Source: Octopus sinensis (lineage: Eukaryota). Taken from it: DNA of 64,000 nt. The notes beneath the pieces were generated by a model. That model had not been told where the DNA came from and did not search any database. It saw only the letters and a program-made list of their open reading frames with translations. Position numbers and translations under genes: made by a program. The stretch is from the NCBI RefSeq assembly GCF_006345805.1, contig NC_043004.1:14074001-14138000 (forward strand), written 5' to 3'. Below, piece after piece: positions 39,973-53,413 of this stretch (the stretch's first letter is position 1; each line of letters opens with the position of its first letter).

Positions 39973-40602
39973 TGTATATATTTACCGGCGTACAATTTTT
40001 TGTAAAAATGCTCTTCTTATTCATATTCTTCACAAACAAATATTCAGTTTCATTTCATCTGCTTCACTAACCTTCTCCTTATGAGCTTTTTTTTACCCCC
40101 GCCTCTTCATCTGTTCCTTTAGTGTTTGTCCACAACACCTGTCTGATAAATCGATATTTCTGTGACATTACATTCTCTTCTCCCACGTACTCTCTCATTC
40201 ATCTTCCAGTCTTGCTATTTCTCGCTCTCTCTCACTCACTTATCTTACTGTTTCAAGGTAGTTTTTATAGCCACAAGGTCTTAGCATTCCATTCTCCTGT
40301 GCACTGTTCATCGTCACGACAGAATGATTTAGCAATGGTTAAACACCAGTATTATTTGCAATAAACTAGGCTACAACACATTACTAATTTCTTAACGTCT
40401 TTTCATTCATTGAAAGCCCATCATTTCCCCGCGCGCTGTTATATATATGTTTCCTTGAGCGCCCTGTTTCTCTTTAGAAAATGTGTTTCCTATGCCAACC
40501 ATTCTTTCGCTGTCTTTGCTCTCACTTTCTTTTACCAGCTGTCATTCACTTACGTAATACCGTTTTATTCCATTGTCATACTTGTATAATTAAATATACC
40601 TT

Positions 40603-40985
40603 TAAGGCAGTGAACTACCTAATCGTTTGCACGCCGGGAAAAAATGCTTTGCGGCACTTTGACAGTCTATACGTTCTGAGTTCAAATAACACCCAGATCG
40701 ACTTTTCCTTTCATCCTTTCAGGATCGATAAAATAAATACTAGTTGAGGACTGGGGTCGATGTATCCTTAATTCATGTCCCCCAAACTTGTTGGACTTGT
40801 GCCAAAATTTGAAATGTGTAATTAAATATTCCTTTCTGTTATAGGTCAAAGCCCGGAAAATATGGGGAAAGGACCAAGTCGAGTAAATCGACCCCAGTGC
40901 TCAATTGGAATTTATTTTCATCAGCTGGAACTTATTTACAGGCAGAGTCGACTCCGGGGTAGTTTGAACTCATAACGTAAAGGTG
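40603..40985. mobile_element. Two diverged SINE family B copies, tail to tail
   Basis: Plus copy 40603-40815, minus copy ~40835-40985. Confidence 0.6.
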
Positions 40986-41099
40986 AATAAAATGATGAAT
41001 AAAATGTCACCATAAAAAGTGAGATACCCACCTAGGTTTCCTAAGCAATCACCGATCTAACCTACATTTAAATATTAAGATAAAAATACATATGAATAT

Positions 41100-41698
41100 T
41101 TATTTCTTTATTGACCACAGGGGGCTAAACATATAGGGGACAAACAAGGACATATAAAGAGATTAGTCGATTACATCGACTCCAGTGTGTAACTGGTACT
41201 TATTTAATCGACTCCGAAAAGATGAAAGGCAAAGTCGATCTCGGCGGATTTTCAGCTCAGAACGTAACAGCAGACGAAATACCTATTTCTTTACTACCCA
41301 CAAGGGACTAAACACAGAGGGGACAAACAAGGACAGTCAAACGGATTAAGTCGATTATATCGACCCCAGTGCATAACTGGTACTTATTTAATCTACTCCG
41401 AAAGGATGAAAATTAAAGTTGACCTCGGCGGAATTTGAACTCAGAACGTAACGGCAGACGAAATACCTATTTCTTAATACCCACAAGGAGCTAAACACAG
41501 AAAGGACAAACAAGGACAGACAATCGGATTAAGACGATTATATCGACCCCAGTGCGTAACTGGTACTTATTTAATCCAGCCCGACAGGATGAAAGGTAAA
41601 GTCAACCTCGGCGGAATTTGAACCCAGAACGTAACGGCAGACGAAATACGGCTACGCAATTCGCCCCGCGTGCTAATGTTTCTGCCAGCTCGCCGCCC
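41100..41698 (-). mobile_element. SINE family B trimer
   Basis: CAGACGAAATAC at 41271, 41455 and 41638 (period ~184); head CTGCCAGCTCGCCGCC at ~41690. Confidence 0.85.
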
Positions 41699-42375
41699 TA
41701 AATACATATAAATATCAGGATATAACTACAAATAAATCAAGTTTCAGTCAAACTCACATAACCGTATAAACATGCAATTTTTAAAATAAAGAAGAATCTT
41801 TTGAAAAAACGACTGTGCGAACCACGGAGAAAACAACAGTCCTCACTTTTGTTGCTGATGAATGTGCAATAATTTCTATTTTCATATTCTCTTACTTTTC
41901 CTCCGAATACAAACACACAGACACAAACACGCACAAACATGAGCGCCCACATTTTTCTAACCTGGCCCTAATATATAGAATTACAAACAGAAATTAATAA
42001 CATAAAATACTGTGAAATTACATTCGAACATTTGTGACAACAATGAAATATGTATTTAGAAAGGAACGTGACAATTCAAAGTATATCAGCGTGTACAATA
42101 ATACGGATTAATTATGAGTTAATCATATTAATGATTAATTAAATATAGGGTTTCTACTGCGATAAAAAGTGTTAGAATTAATTATGAGCTAAATATACGG
42201 GTGTATCAAAAGCCTTAATATATCACACAGTAAATCATAAATTATCACGCAAAACCCAGATACATTAAATGAAGTAACTCGTATAGTTATAGACTTATTC
42301 CATAGACATACATAAATACATACATACATATATACATTTATGATTTAAATATTTACTTTTCCCACAAATGTCTAC

Positions 42376-42415
<40 letters not shown>

Positions 42416-42419
<4 letters not shown>

Positions 42420-42958
42420 AAAGAAGTGAAGATAGAAAATTCTAAAATAATTTTATAAAGAACATTTCAGTACCGGTTTCGGTCATTTTGAGACCTTTTC
42501 AACTGTAACGATTAAAAAATTAAATTTATAAAAATTAAAAGAAAAGGTTTTTAAAGGAATATTTGTATAGTGTTCAAATATAAGTGGCATTTTCCTTGTT
42601 TCTGCGTTTCTCTGTCTCTCTTGTTTACACTTGTGGTTTCGAGGTCGTTGTGAATTCTTGGTTCTTCTTCTACCCTACCAAGAATTCATAACGACCTCGA
42701 AACCACAAGTGTAAACAAGAGAGACAGGGAAAGGCAGAAACAAGGAAAATGCCACTTATATTTGAACACTATATAAATATTCCTTTAAAAAAACTTTTCT
42801 TTTAATTTTTCTAAATTTATTTATTTAACCGTTACAGTTGAAAAGGTCTCAAAATGACCGAAACCGGTACTGAAATGTTCTTTATAAAATTATTTTAGCA
42901 TTTTCTATCTTGACTTCTTTTTTCATATATATCAACTCGTGTGTTCCTTTTCACCCTT
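42416..42958 (+). mobile_element. PLE pseudo-LTR foldback (~247-bp arms, 14-nt loop) in (TA)n
   Basis: Arms 42416-42662 / 42677-42924; extension CAACTCGTGTGTTCCTTTTCA shared with ~30577-30597. Confidence 0.85.
42835..42872 (+). ncRNA. Minimal type I hammerhead motif, U3-A8 core (mirror 42468-42505 on minus)
   Basis: CAG-TTGAAAA-GGTC TCAAAAT GACC-GAA-ACCGGT-A-CTG. Confidence 0.7.
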
Positions 42959-43384
42959 ATATATATATATATATACATACTTACATACATGCACACACAC
43001 ACTCACGTATACATACCTATACATATAAGCGAAATATACGTAGGATTTAATACGTCTTAATGCTAAGAATGAAGAACTAGAGAGATAAAGAATTGTATAA
43101 TACGGATATTTAGAGAGCAAATACTAAATGAGATAAGCCCATTGTCATAGTTACAAAGATTTATTATCAACGTGTAATAATTAATGAAGGTAAAACAAAA
43201 GGGAATGATAAAGGCAAATTGATATTAATACAAAAATATAATCCAAACCATTAAATAGTATAAATCTAAGTAATGAAACTCATGAGTTTAAGAGTGAAAC
43301 TGCATACGTTCAACACTAAACAACGTTAATTACAAGGGAGATAAATTTGCTGAGGTTGATATTTCAGGGGTATAAACGGCATCG

Positions 43385-43590
43385 TGCTGGGACATTCGAT
43401 AACACGTCGGGCAGAATGCTTAGCGGTTTTCTGTCCATCTGCACGTTCTGAGTTCACATTCCGTCGTGGTTAGATTTGTCTTTCATCCTTTCGGATTCGA
43501 TAAAATAAGTACCAGTTGAACACTGGGTCGATGTAAATGACTTAGATCCTTCTTCGAAACTGATGGCTTTGTGCAAAAGTTTGAAACCAA
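43385..43590 (+). mobile_element. Diverged SINE family B
   Basis: GTTCTGAGTTCACATTCC...TTTCATCCTTTCGG...AAGTACCAG. Confidence 0.7.
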
Positions 43591-43631
43591 AATTTCAAGG
43601 ATATTATGGAAGAATCATCTTTATATATATG

Positions 43632-43676
<45 letters not shown>

Positions 43677-43827
43677 TGTGTGTGTGTGTGCGTGTATGTG
43701 TGTGTGTGTGTGGTGTGTGTGTGTGTGTGCGTGTATGTGTGTGTGTGTGTGTGTATATATATATGTGTGTGTGCGTGTGTGTATATATATACATATATAT
43801 GTATATATATATATATATATAAATATA

Positions 43828-43910
<83 letters not shown>

Positions 43911-44422
43911 TAAGAAAGTTTGTTGTGAAAGCACGTGGGTGAATATATAAGAAAATAGTAAAGAGTGAAAAAACGACAGATGGCTTAAATGTTAAAGAAT
44001 ATATATATTTGCGTCAATATGTCTGGAGAATATTGGAAAAAGTTTTTTCCCTTCTTATAATGACATAATTTTATAATTTTTAAAGAAAGACCGGTTTCGC
44101 ATTTAGCTCTTCAAATTTCTTGCGACGTAATGTTTATCTTTAATAGCGTTATCCTTGTTTTTTGCTACGGAGAGTTCTAAATAAGGGAAGGTAGTGCGTG
44201 ATTTCTTCGGTGTAAGGGAGATAATCGCTTAAAAAAATTTTCTTTTCCTTTTTCTCTTAGTGTGAATTCCTCTGTATTATTATGTTTGGATAGTTGAGTC
44301 TGGGTTTGTACTTTTCAATGAAGAATGTTTCCTTGTTTAGTCTAATTTGTGTTGATGATCCGAAAGCACATTGGTAAAATGGAAAGATTAAAAATTGTGG
44401 TTGTAGTTGCTTTGCGCATTTC

Positions 44423-45890
44423 CTTAAACATATCGATAGCCATATCAGAGATGACTTAGTTATGTTAAACCACCTCCCAAAAAAAGCCAAGGAAGAAACA
44501 ATCCTGGTTTCATTTGATGTAGTCAACTTGTATACCAGTATACCTCATAATTATGGACTGGATGCAATACAGTTCTGGTTAGACCAATTTCCGGAAGAAA
44601 TACCAAAAAGGATCAGTAAAGAATTCATTACTAAATCAATTGAATTCATTCTACACAATAACCACTTCATGTTTGACAATACATTTTACCGTCAAAAATC
44701 CGGAATTGCTATGGGTACAAGGGCAGCACCAGTCATTGCGAACTTAACAATGGGATACATGGAAATAATCATTTACCAGGAATCTTTACCAATCTTTGGA
44801 AACCCCCTCTCTCAATACATAAAAGAGAACAGGAAACGATTCTTGGACGATTGTTTTATTCTCTGGAATGAAAACACAGATAAACTCTTAAAATTTAAAA
44901 ACCTATTGAACAGCATAAACCCAAATACACAGTTCACAATGGAATACAACCAAAATGAGCTCCCGTTCTTGGATATACTAATTAAAAAAATTAACCTTAA
45001 AATAGAAACAGACATTTTCTACAAAGCCACAGACGCCAAACAATACCTTCTCTTTAATTCATGCCACCCAAGACACACTAAAACAAACATCCCCTTCAAC
45101 CTTGCAAGAAGGATATGCACAATAGTGTCAGAACAAAATACCGGGAACTTTAGACTGCAAGAACTCAAAAACACCTTAATTGACAGACATTACCCAGCTC
45201 AACTCATAGAGGATGGGATCAGACGTGCAACAGAAATCAACATAGAAACTTTAAGAAAAGTTCAACACAACAACACACCTTCCCCGAAAATACTACCTAC
45301 ATATCTACATACAACCCCAGAAACAAAGAAGCTTTCACCATCATCACCCAGAATTTACCAATACTTCATAAAAACCCCAAATTAAAGGAAATTCTAAACA
45401 TACACCAAATCATTAAAAGCTACAAACAGCCTAAATCACTTAAAAAGATTCTCACAAAGGCAAAATTATCTTCTGAAATTACGGATGCAAAAGTAAAAAA
45501 TGTGGTAGATCAACTGCGCAACATGTCCTAACCTACTAGAAAGATCAGAATTCTTCTTTAAAGAGGGACAGCAATTCAAGATCAAATCTAACTTTACTTG
45601 TGCCTCTGAAAACATAATTTATGTCATAAAACGCTCGGGCTGCACCAAGACTACGTGGGGTCCACGGGACTATCACTCAGACGTAGATGCACACTGCATC
45701 GACAACAGATTGCATTCCCAGATATAGAATGATACCTTTTAGTGAGCACATTGAGAAATGCGCAAAGCACTACAACCACAATTTTTAATCTTTCCATTTT
45801 ACCAATGTGCTTTCGGATCATCAACAAATTAGACTAAACAAGGAAACATTCTTCATTGAAAAGTACAAACCCAGACTCAACTATCCAAAC
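44423..45890 (+). pseudogene. PLE reverse transcriptase + GIY-YIG endonuclease (5'-truncated, frameshifted)
   Basis: ORF 44462-45385: LVSFDVVNLYTSIP, YRQKSGIAMGT, RFLDD, LPFLDI, DIFYKAT, SCHP; downstream KCGR..CATC, FTCASENIIYVI, YVGST, FIEKYKPRLN. Confidence 0.92.
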
Positions 45891-46052
45891 ATAATAATAA
45901 AGAGAAATTCACACTAAGAGAAAAAGGAAAAAAAATTTTTTTAGCGATTACCTCCCTTACACCAGAAGAAATCACGCACTACCTTCCCTTATTTAGAACT
46001 CTCCGTAGCAAAAAAACAAGGATAACGCTATTAAAGATAAACATTACGTCGC

Positions 46053-46091
46053 AAGAAATTTGAAGAGCTAAATGCGAAACCGGTCTTTCTT
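46053..46091 (+). ncRNA. Minimal hammerhead motif in the PLE pseudo-LTR (mirror 44083-44121 on minus)
   Basis: AAGAAA-T-TTGAAGA-GC TAAAT GC-GAA-ACCGGT-C-TTTCTT; GUC site, palindromic stem III. Confidence 0.65.
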
Positions 46092-46255
46092 TAAAAATTA
46101 TAAAATTATGTCATTATAAGAAGGGAAAAAACTTTTTCCAATATTCTCCAGACATATTGACGCAAATATATATATTCTTTAACATTTAAGCCTTCTGTCG
46201 TTTTTTCACTCTTTACTATTTTCTTATATATACATATATATATATATATTTATAA

Positions 46256-46291
<36 letters not shown>

Positions 46292-46315
46292 TGTGTGTGG
46301 TAATCTCTATATTTT

Positions 46316-46650
46316 TGAAGGTGCATGGCTCAGTGATTAGAGCATCGGGTTTACTGCCGTGGGTAACGAGTTCGGTTCCCTAGCCAGGCTGTGTGTTGTA
46401 TTTTTAAGCAAGACTCTTTATTTCATGTTGCTCCAGTTCACTCAGCTGTAGAATTGGGTTGCCACGTGACTGGTGCCAAGCTGTTAAGGCCTTTGCCTTT
46501 CCCTTGGAATCATCGGCGGCGTGGAGAGGGGAAGCTGGTATGGATGGGCGACTGCTAGTTGTCCATAAAAAAAAACTTACCCAGACCTGTAACTTGGAGG
46601 GGGAATTTCTAAATTCACTCATGTGGTCATTCGTTGATCGAAGGGGTTCT
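46316..46650 (+). mobile_element. tRNA/CORE-like SINE with tail H
   Basis: Homologous to 34632-34967. Confidence 0.8.
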
Positions 46651-46761
46651 TTACTCTCTATTTTATAGACTGAAATGAATAAGTGGTATTTCTATGCATC
46701 GTTAAGGAATGACTTAGGTTTGGTAAATACATAATTAAAGGATCTTTCAAAGGAGTATTCT

Positions 46762-47085
46762 TTATTCTTCCATTTTTTGTCTGTGACCGTTCTAGAACGC
46801 TGCCTTGAAGGGATTTAGCTGATGAAATCCACTCTGGTACTTATATTAGAGCTGGTGGTTATTGCATTGCTCTCAAATCGAAAGGCTATGTGGAAGTAAA
46901 CAAACTCACACTGTTCGTCAAACATTGCAAGGCAAACACAATTATAGAGAAACGAACTGGCACAAATGCATACATAAGTACATATGACTATAGTAAATTA
47001 CACTTGTCCAAGGTACAATGCAACTGGACTGAGTCAGAACCTATGCGGCTGAAAACGAATTTCTTTACCACGTCACACGCCTGCA
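46762..47085 (-). mobile_element. Highly diverged SINE family A
   Basis: CACTTGTCCAAGGT...GGACTGA...TTTACCACGTCACACGCCTGC. Confidence 0.45.
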
Positions 47086-47801
47086 CTTCGAGTGATACAC
47101 CGGCGGCATTTTATAATTCCTTTGTAGTTTTTATAGGAGAAGTACGAAAATTACGACGCATCAAATAAAAAATTTGACAGAGCAATCAATAATGAGAGGG
47201 ATTAAGAAATTAAGCGTTAATAAATAATTGAAGGACATTTTCAAATAAAAGTATTTAAATGAAATATATCGAAATACAACCAGTCATTTAACGTAAAATA
47301 ATTAACCATGATAGTTAGTTGTAGAAGACGAGTGGTTAATATTATCATAATTATATTTGAAGTTAGAATGCAGTGGATAATGATATTAATGTCGATACAT
47401 TAGTGGATCGACCGAATCAGGAAATAGCTGAACAAAATAATTTGAGTTATTAAATTATGTCCCCTTATATTTTCTATTCCAGATTTCCGTGGACTAACTT
47501 TGTACTGATGGATTAAATATCAGTCAAATACTACAGTTGGTTAACTCCATAATATTTCTCGGAAATGTGGTATGTATGTTAGAAATTAAGACTTAGATTA
47601 ATCACCATGTGTCTAAATATAATTGATTTAGAAAATCAAGCAAAATGCTCTTCGTTCGAGCCTTCGCAGAAATATTTACTTATTATAAATAGTTGATAAC
47701 ACCAAAATAAGATCGATGTTAATGATGTAGGCGTGCAACTGAATGGTTCGGAAATTCAGGGTAAATGTACAAGAAATATTGGGCAAATAAATATACATAC
47801 A

Positions 47802-48205
47802 TGCGCAGAAGTGACTGTGTGGTAAGAAGTTCGTGTTCCAATTATATTATTCCTGATTCACATGTCTTCTCCTTTAGCTTCGGACCGATCCAAGCCATGA
47901 GAGTAGATTTGGGGGCCGGAAACAGAAATCTACAGACGCACACGCACACACACACATTCACACACAAACACGCGTGCATGCACATAATTTGCCCCCCCCC
48001 ATCCCCACCTATTTGACAACCGGTGTTGTTATATTTTCTTCCCCGTTAGTTAGCGGTTCCACAAAATGCCGATAGAATAAGTACAAGGCTAAAAAAAAAA
48101 AATACTGCGGTCGATTCATTCGACTAAAAATTCTTCAAGACTCTGCCCCAGCATGGCCGTGATCTAATGACTGAAGCAAGTGAAAGATACAAGACAAAAG
48201 ATAAA
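47802..48205 (+). mobile_element. Diverged SINE family A
   Basis: GCGCAGAAGTGACTGTGTGGTAAG...TTAGCGGTTC...CCAGCATGGCC. Confidence 0.7.
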
Positions 48206-51200
48206 ATACATACACACATACATACATACATAGATACACACACATATATACATGCACACACACACATATATACACCTAACTATACCTACATATATCTATA
48301 CACATACATACATACATACATACATGCATACATACATACATACATACATACATACATACATACATACATACATACATACATACATACATACATTCATACA
48401 TGCATACATAGATAGGTACGTACTTACATGCATATATATTTATATATATATATATATAGCCCTTCAATTATTTTCAACCAAAATCCTTACTGACCTCCGA
48501 CATAATTACAACTTGATTTAATATTCATTTTTTGAACCCCTTCCGTTTTTCTGCATTTTAACAATGCCTTGATTGAATAAAGATAATTACTGAAACGTCT
48601 TGATATAAATTAAAGCAGTATTTTTTCAACAGACAAATACAGACCTTAGTCTCCTTTTGGATCAACCGACTTTCATGAAATTTTATTAGATGCTCCCATT
48701 TAATTTTCATTTTAAGCACGTTAAATATTTTGGATTCGAATCTCAATCTTTCTGCACCGATTCACCGTGACATGTTTAATACATATGTACTATTGACGTT
48801 TTATCAGGACCATGCACTGTTTCATATGTCATAAAATTGATTTGAATATGATTTGACGAATATCATAATTCATTGGAATAGACTCGGATAGGAATAATTT
48901 TTGAAATTCTATGACTTTCTAAAGGAAATTAGCATCGTAAATACATGTCATTTGCTTTCAACAGTGACTCAAATCTGGAACTCCATGCGAAATTGCTAGC
49001 ATTTTATATACATATATATACATATATATATTGCAGCTTCATAAAATTATGGGCTGATAAAGCCAGCTTTCATATATTCCTAGCGAAAAGAAATGTAAAA
49101 CATGTTATGTTTTCATCAATAACTCCTACGATTGATCTTTATTGAACTGCATTTATACATGTTTCGGCCTGCATCAGTTCCTACTCTAAAGCATTCCTGA
49201 TAGCATTACTAGAACAGTTTATATTATCAATAAATTAGCACAAAGATTCCTGTTTTATAATCAATGAAGCAATCACTTATAGTGTCATTGATATCTTTTG
49301 TAAAGATGTTTTTATTACATGTGTCCTATGAAAAAGTAGACTATAACTTAGTTGCTGCTATCAGTGATAAATACAAACATTTAGTTCTGATAATGTCTCA
49401 TGTTCGCAGATTTGTTCTTCATAATATTCATATAATATTGTTACGAAATGTTCCAGAATATATCTAGATAAATAATTGATGTACACCACAAGCGTGTGGG
49501 AATTGAAAGGAAACATCATTTTATGTACGTGTATTACTTGAATGATCTCATAACGAAAAAAAAAACACTTGTTTACAAAAGAATCTATATTGTATTGGAA
49601 GGTAAATGGAAAGTGTGACCAACCGTTTTCAAAAGGTATTAGCTACATAAGTTGTGTATAGTTCGTTTAGTCTAGAAATATATCGCTTGGAAGAGGAATC
49701 TTATATCAAAAATGATTGCAGTAATGATTTGCTTTAGAACAGGGAAATTTTCAGCAATCAGCTTGAAAATGTCAAGAATCAAACAGAATATATTCCTTGT
49801 CTTGAATGCAATCATTCACTCAGGTATTGATAAATTTCAGAATGTATATTGAAGAACATATTCCATTAGCAATTTACATCGATAATACTTATGTTGATTA
49901 TAGGTTAAAATAATGTTAGTATTAATAGTAGGCAGCAAACTCCATTAACGTAATCCGTAGACTAACGTAGTCGGTATGTCTTGTCGCCTATTTATTGTAA
50001 AGGAAATAATTATGATCCAGATCAATGAGAACAGGATTAGCAGTTCGAATTTAAAGAACATTGAAAATGCACAAAATTTGCATATTTAATTTTTCTTTTT
50101 CTCACGCATTTACTATGACTAGAAATTTTGAGATCTTTGTGATCAGGTATAGCACCATTTCACCTTCATTTCAAATCGTCAGTATGATAAAGCCCGAGGT
50201 CAATAAATTGCACTAACATTTTATGAAGTGAAATATTTCTTGCAGATGGAAAATATTTACAGTTTAGAAGACATTTATGGAAAGTATTATTCTCCTTTCT
50301 TTTCTTCAGAGATCGTTAGCAGATCTGCAATTAAAAGGGCATAGAGAGAAATTTCCTACACAGTGTCTGCTTCCACAATGTTTTGTCTTGCAAAGGTGTT
50401 CACATCTAATTCATACCTGCAGTTCTTTCTTTTTGTCACTATACTTTCTCCCTCTGGTTCATTATCACTTTGGACAATTCATAAAATTTCAAGCTGTTTT
50501 TAAATCTATTATTTTCATAGAAGTCATGGTAACATACTTTTGCAACCACGCAATATTCTTCCATTTTATCCTGCTTTGGAGAAGACATAGTTAAGTTTAC
50601 AGTGAGTAATGTTTGCTTTGCCTTATTTCATTTCAAAACAGAATTTGGGGAAATACGCGAAAACCGATCTCTTTCAGATATGTAAAGCTCTAGAGGTGAA
50701 CAATTTGTCAAAGTGTTAATATGGATTACTGGAATAAAAGGTTAACAAACTGATAATTAAGGCCGGTGTATTTCAATGAAGAATTGCATGAGAAAACTGA
50801 GTTAAGAGCAACAGAGACTAATTCAATAACGGCAAATGAGTGAACGATAGGAAGTCAGTTTACTATGGAACAATTACTGGACTGACTATTGATAGTGTTA
50901 GCATGTGAATCAAAATATTTTTATATTTCGTGCGTTGGTAGACATGCAATTTACTGCTAAGTTTTATGCAATTAATTTATCTTTATATTTCTGCTATATA
51001 GAATGTTGAAACGATTGAAAAGTAATATTAACATCTGTTATTTTAGTGTGAACTGTAACCTTATCTCATCAAAAGTCAGTAGCTTTACAGAATACAGTAG
51101 GTTGCTGGATTTTGTCGAGTTGATTCAAATCAAATTGTAACTTCTACTCTCATTCTATTCCCTTGCTTCACCACACCCAATCAACGACTACTTGCAATGG

Positions 51201-52153
51201 ACAGAATAATCAAACAATCGAAAATAAACACTGCATGGTAGGTTTTGTTTTCCACAGCCTAGAATATTCTCGAAAACAAAATTGACTCTGAAACCTTTCA
51301 TGATTGATTTTCGACAAGAAGAGTGAAGAAGGCGGAAAGAATTACAATATGGTTGAATGATTCTTCTTAATAAGAGAAGCATAAACATTTGTATACAGTT
51401 GTTCACACACACAATGCCTACTGCATATGTCCATATTTGTTTACGCAAATATAAATAGATACAGTGGTAAATAAATAAATACATCGGCCATATTGTTCAT
51501 GCCTGTATTTGTGACTGTAGCTGCTGTGTTTTTGTGTATGAAAGTATATGTGTATTCTGCATAGGTAGATACAAAATGATGCACTCGAGAGGAAAGACGC
51601 AAAAAGAAATCAACGAAGAGAACAATAGTAAAATAGCTGCTAGTTCTATAAGGAAGATACGTTGGATGGGAAAATAAAGGATTGGCGAATGTTTGGAATT
51701 ATTCGTGTATTAACGTTTATGCTAACAACAATAGAACCAAGGAAATTGCAATGACAACAACATCAGCAAAGGCATCAATAATACAATAATATTCTGTGAG
51801 AGAAAATACATGATGGCAATATCAAATAAAAAAAAATTAACTTAAGAAATTTAATGAAAACGAATTATATAAGAAGCAAAATAACTGTATGACAGAGAAA
51901 GAAAAGAAAATAGACAAACACACATGTAGGAAAGTAGAACAATATCTATGGTACAAATAACAACTCCATCAAATATCATGCTAAAAAGAAACAAAAATGA
52001 AACAAGAACAACGTACATAATTTACCTATTCACGATTATACTTTACATCTTGTAAGTAATTGTTTTTCCGGTTCCGTGTGGGGAAAAGAATAAACCATTG
52101 TTTATCTCATTATATAAGCGCGTGCACACGCACACACACATGCGAACACACCT

Positions 52154-52154
52154 G

Positions 52155-52193
<39 letters not shown>

Positions 52194-52206
52194 GTCTGTC
52201 TATCTA

Positions 52207-52297
<91 letters not shown>

Positions 52298-52308
52298 GTC
52301 TGTCTGTC

Positions 52309-52348
<40 letters not shown>

Positions 52349-52356
52349 TCTATCTA
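52154..52356. repeat. (TCTA)n/(TCTG)n microsatellite
   Basis: Direct reading. Confidence 0.95.
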
Positions 52357-52647
52357 CCTACTTACCGTGAGCACGCGTATGCATGTAGTCGGAATTACCT
52401 AGAGTTGCAGGCTGATATATAAGTGAAAGCATACAAGCACATCATGTAACTGTCTGAGAATGCATAGGAAGTTACATGTGCTCATGCGCATACATGCATA
52501 GATACATACATACGTACGTACGTACGCACGCGCATACATATATATCTCTGTCTGTCTGTTTCTGTCTGTCTCTGTCTCTGTCTGTCTGTCTGTCTGTCTG
52601 TCTCTGTCTCTCTCTCTATATATATATATATAATTGTATGCTTATGT

Positions 52648-52976
52648 GGCACTCAGTCGGTTACGACGACGAGGGATACAGTTGATCCGATCAACAGAAC
52701 AGTTTGCTCGTGAAGTTAACGTGCAAGTGGCTGAGCACTCCAAAGACATGTGCACCCTTAACGTAGAGATTCAGCATGACACAGAGTGTGACAAGCATGG
52801 CCCTATGAAAGTTGTGGTGAACGAGTACAGCAAGTTTCGTCATCACCCCCTGCCGCAGCCTCGTGAAGCTTTAGATGTTTTTGCTCAATAAACACTCACA
52901 ACGTCCGGTGTGGGAATCGAAACCGCGATCCTAAGACCGCGAGTCCACTGCCCTAACCGCTGAGCCATTACGCCCC
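52648..52976 (-). mobile_element. SINE family C head with tail D
   Basis: Homologous to 3066-3449 with internal deletions. Confidence 0.8.
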
Positions 52977-53370
52977 GGGGTTAAGTGCTGTACGGATTAC
53001 TGGGGTTCCAAGGTTATAGCCGAGTCGGTAGTTTGGGAACCATTGCAGAATTCCGAAACAGCGGATATATAATTGTCTGATAACAGAATTTTAAATCGTC
53101 AATTTCCACACATTATTTACTCGCTACAGAAAAAAACGAAGAACTCAAATCGGGGAAGCCGGCCGATAGAGTTTTTTTTTTAAAAGTTCGTTATTTCTAT
53201 ATTGAATCAATTTTGGAATTAATCTCATAAAAGATTCTTTCCTCTTCAGTAGAACATACGAAAGGATATAAAGAAGATACTTACATGCGCCCATGGAAAA
53301 AAGCCGAAGCAAAAATCATGAATACATATAAGTACCCCAATATATCTAAAAATAAAATTCTTTGGTCATT

Positions 53371-53413
<43 letters not shown>

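Larger units (their letters stand above)
43909..46230 (+). mobile_element. 5'-truncated Penelope-like element (Neptune-like) with ~480-bp inverted pseudo-LTR
   Basis: 43944-44422 is the reverse complement of 45755-46228; RT and GIY-YIG lie between; (TA)n on both sides. Confidence 0.92.

Noticed and set aside
50300-50900. Cys-rich piggyBac-like (minus) and gag-like (plus) fragments
   Set aside because: Similarity too weak and frame-broken to support without a search
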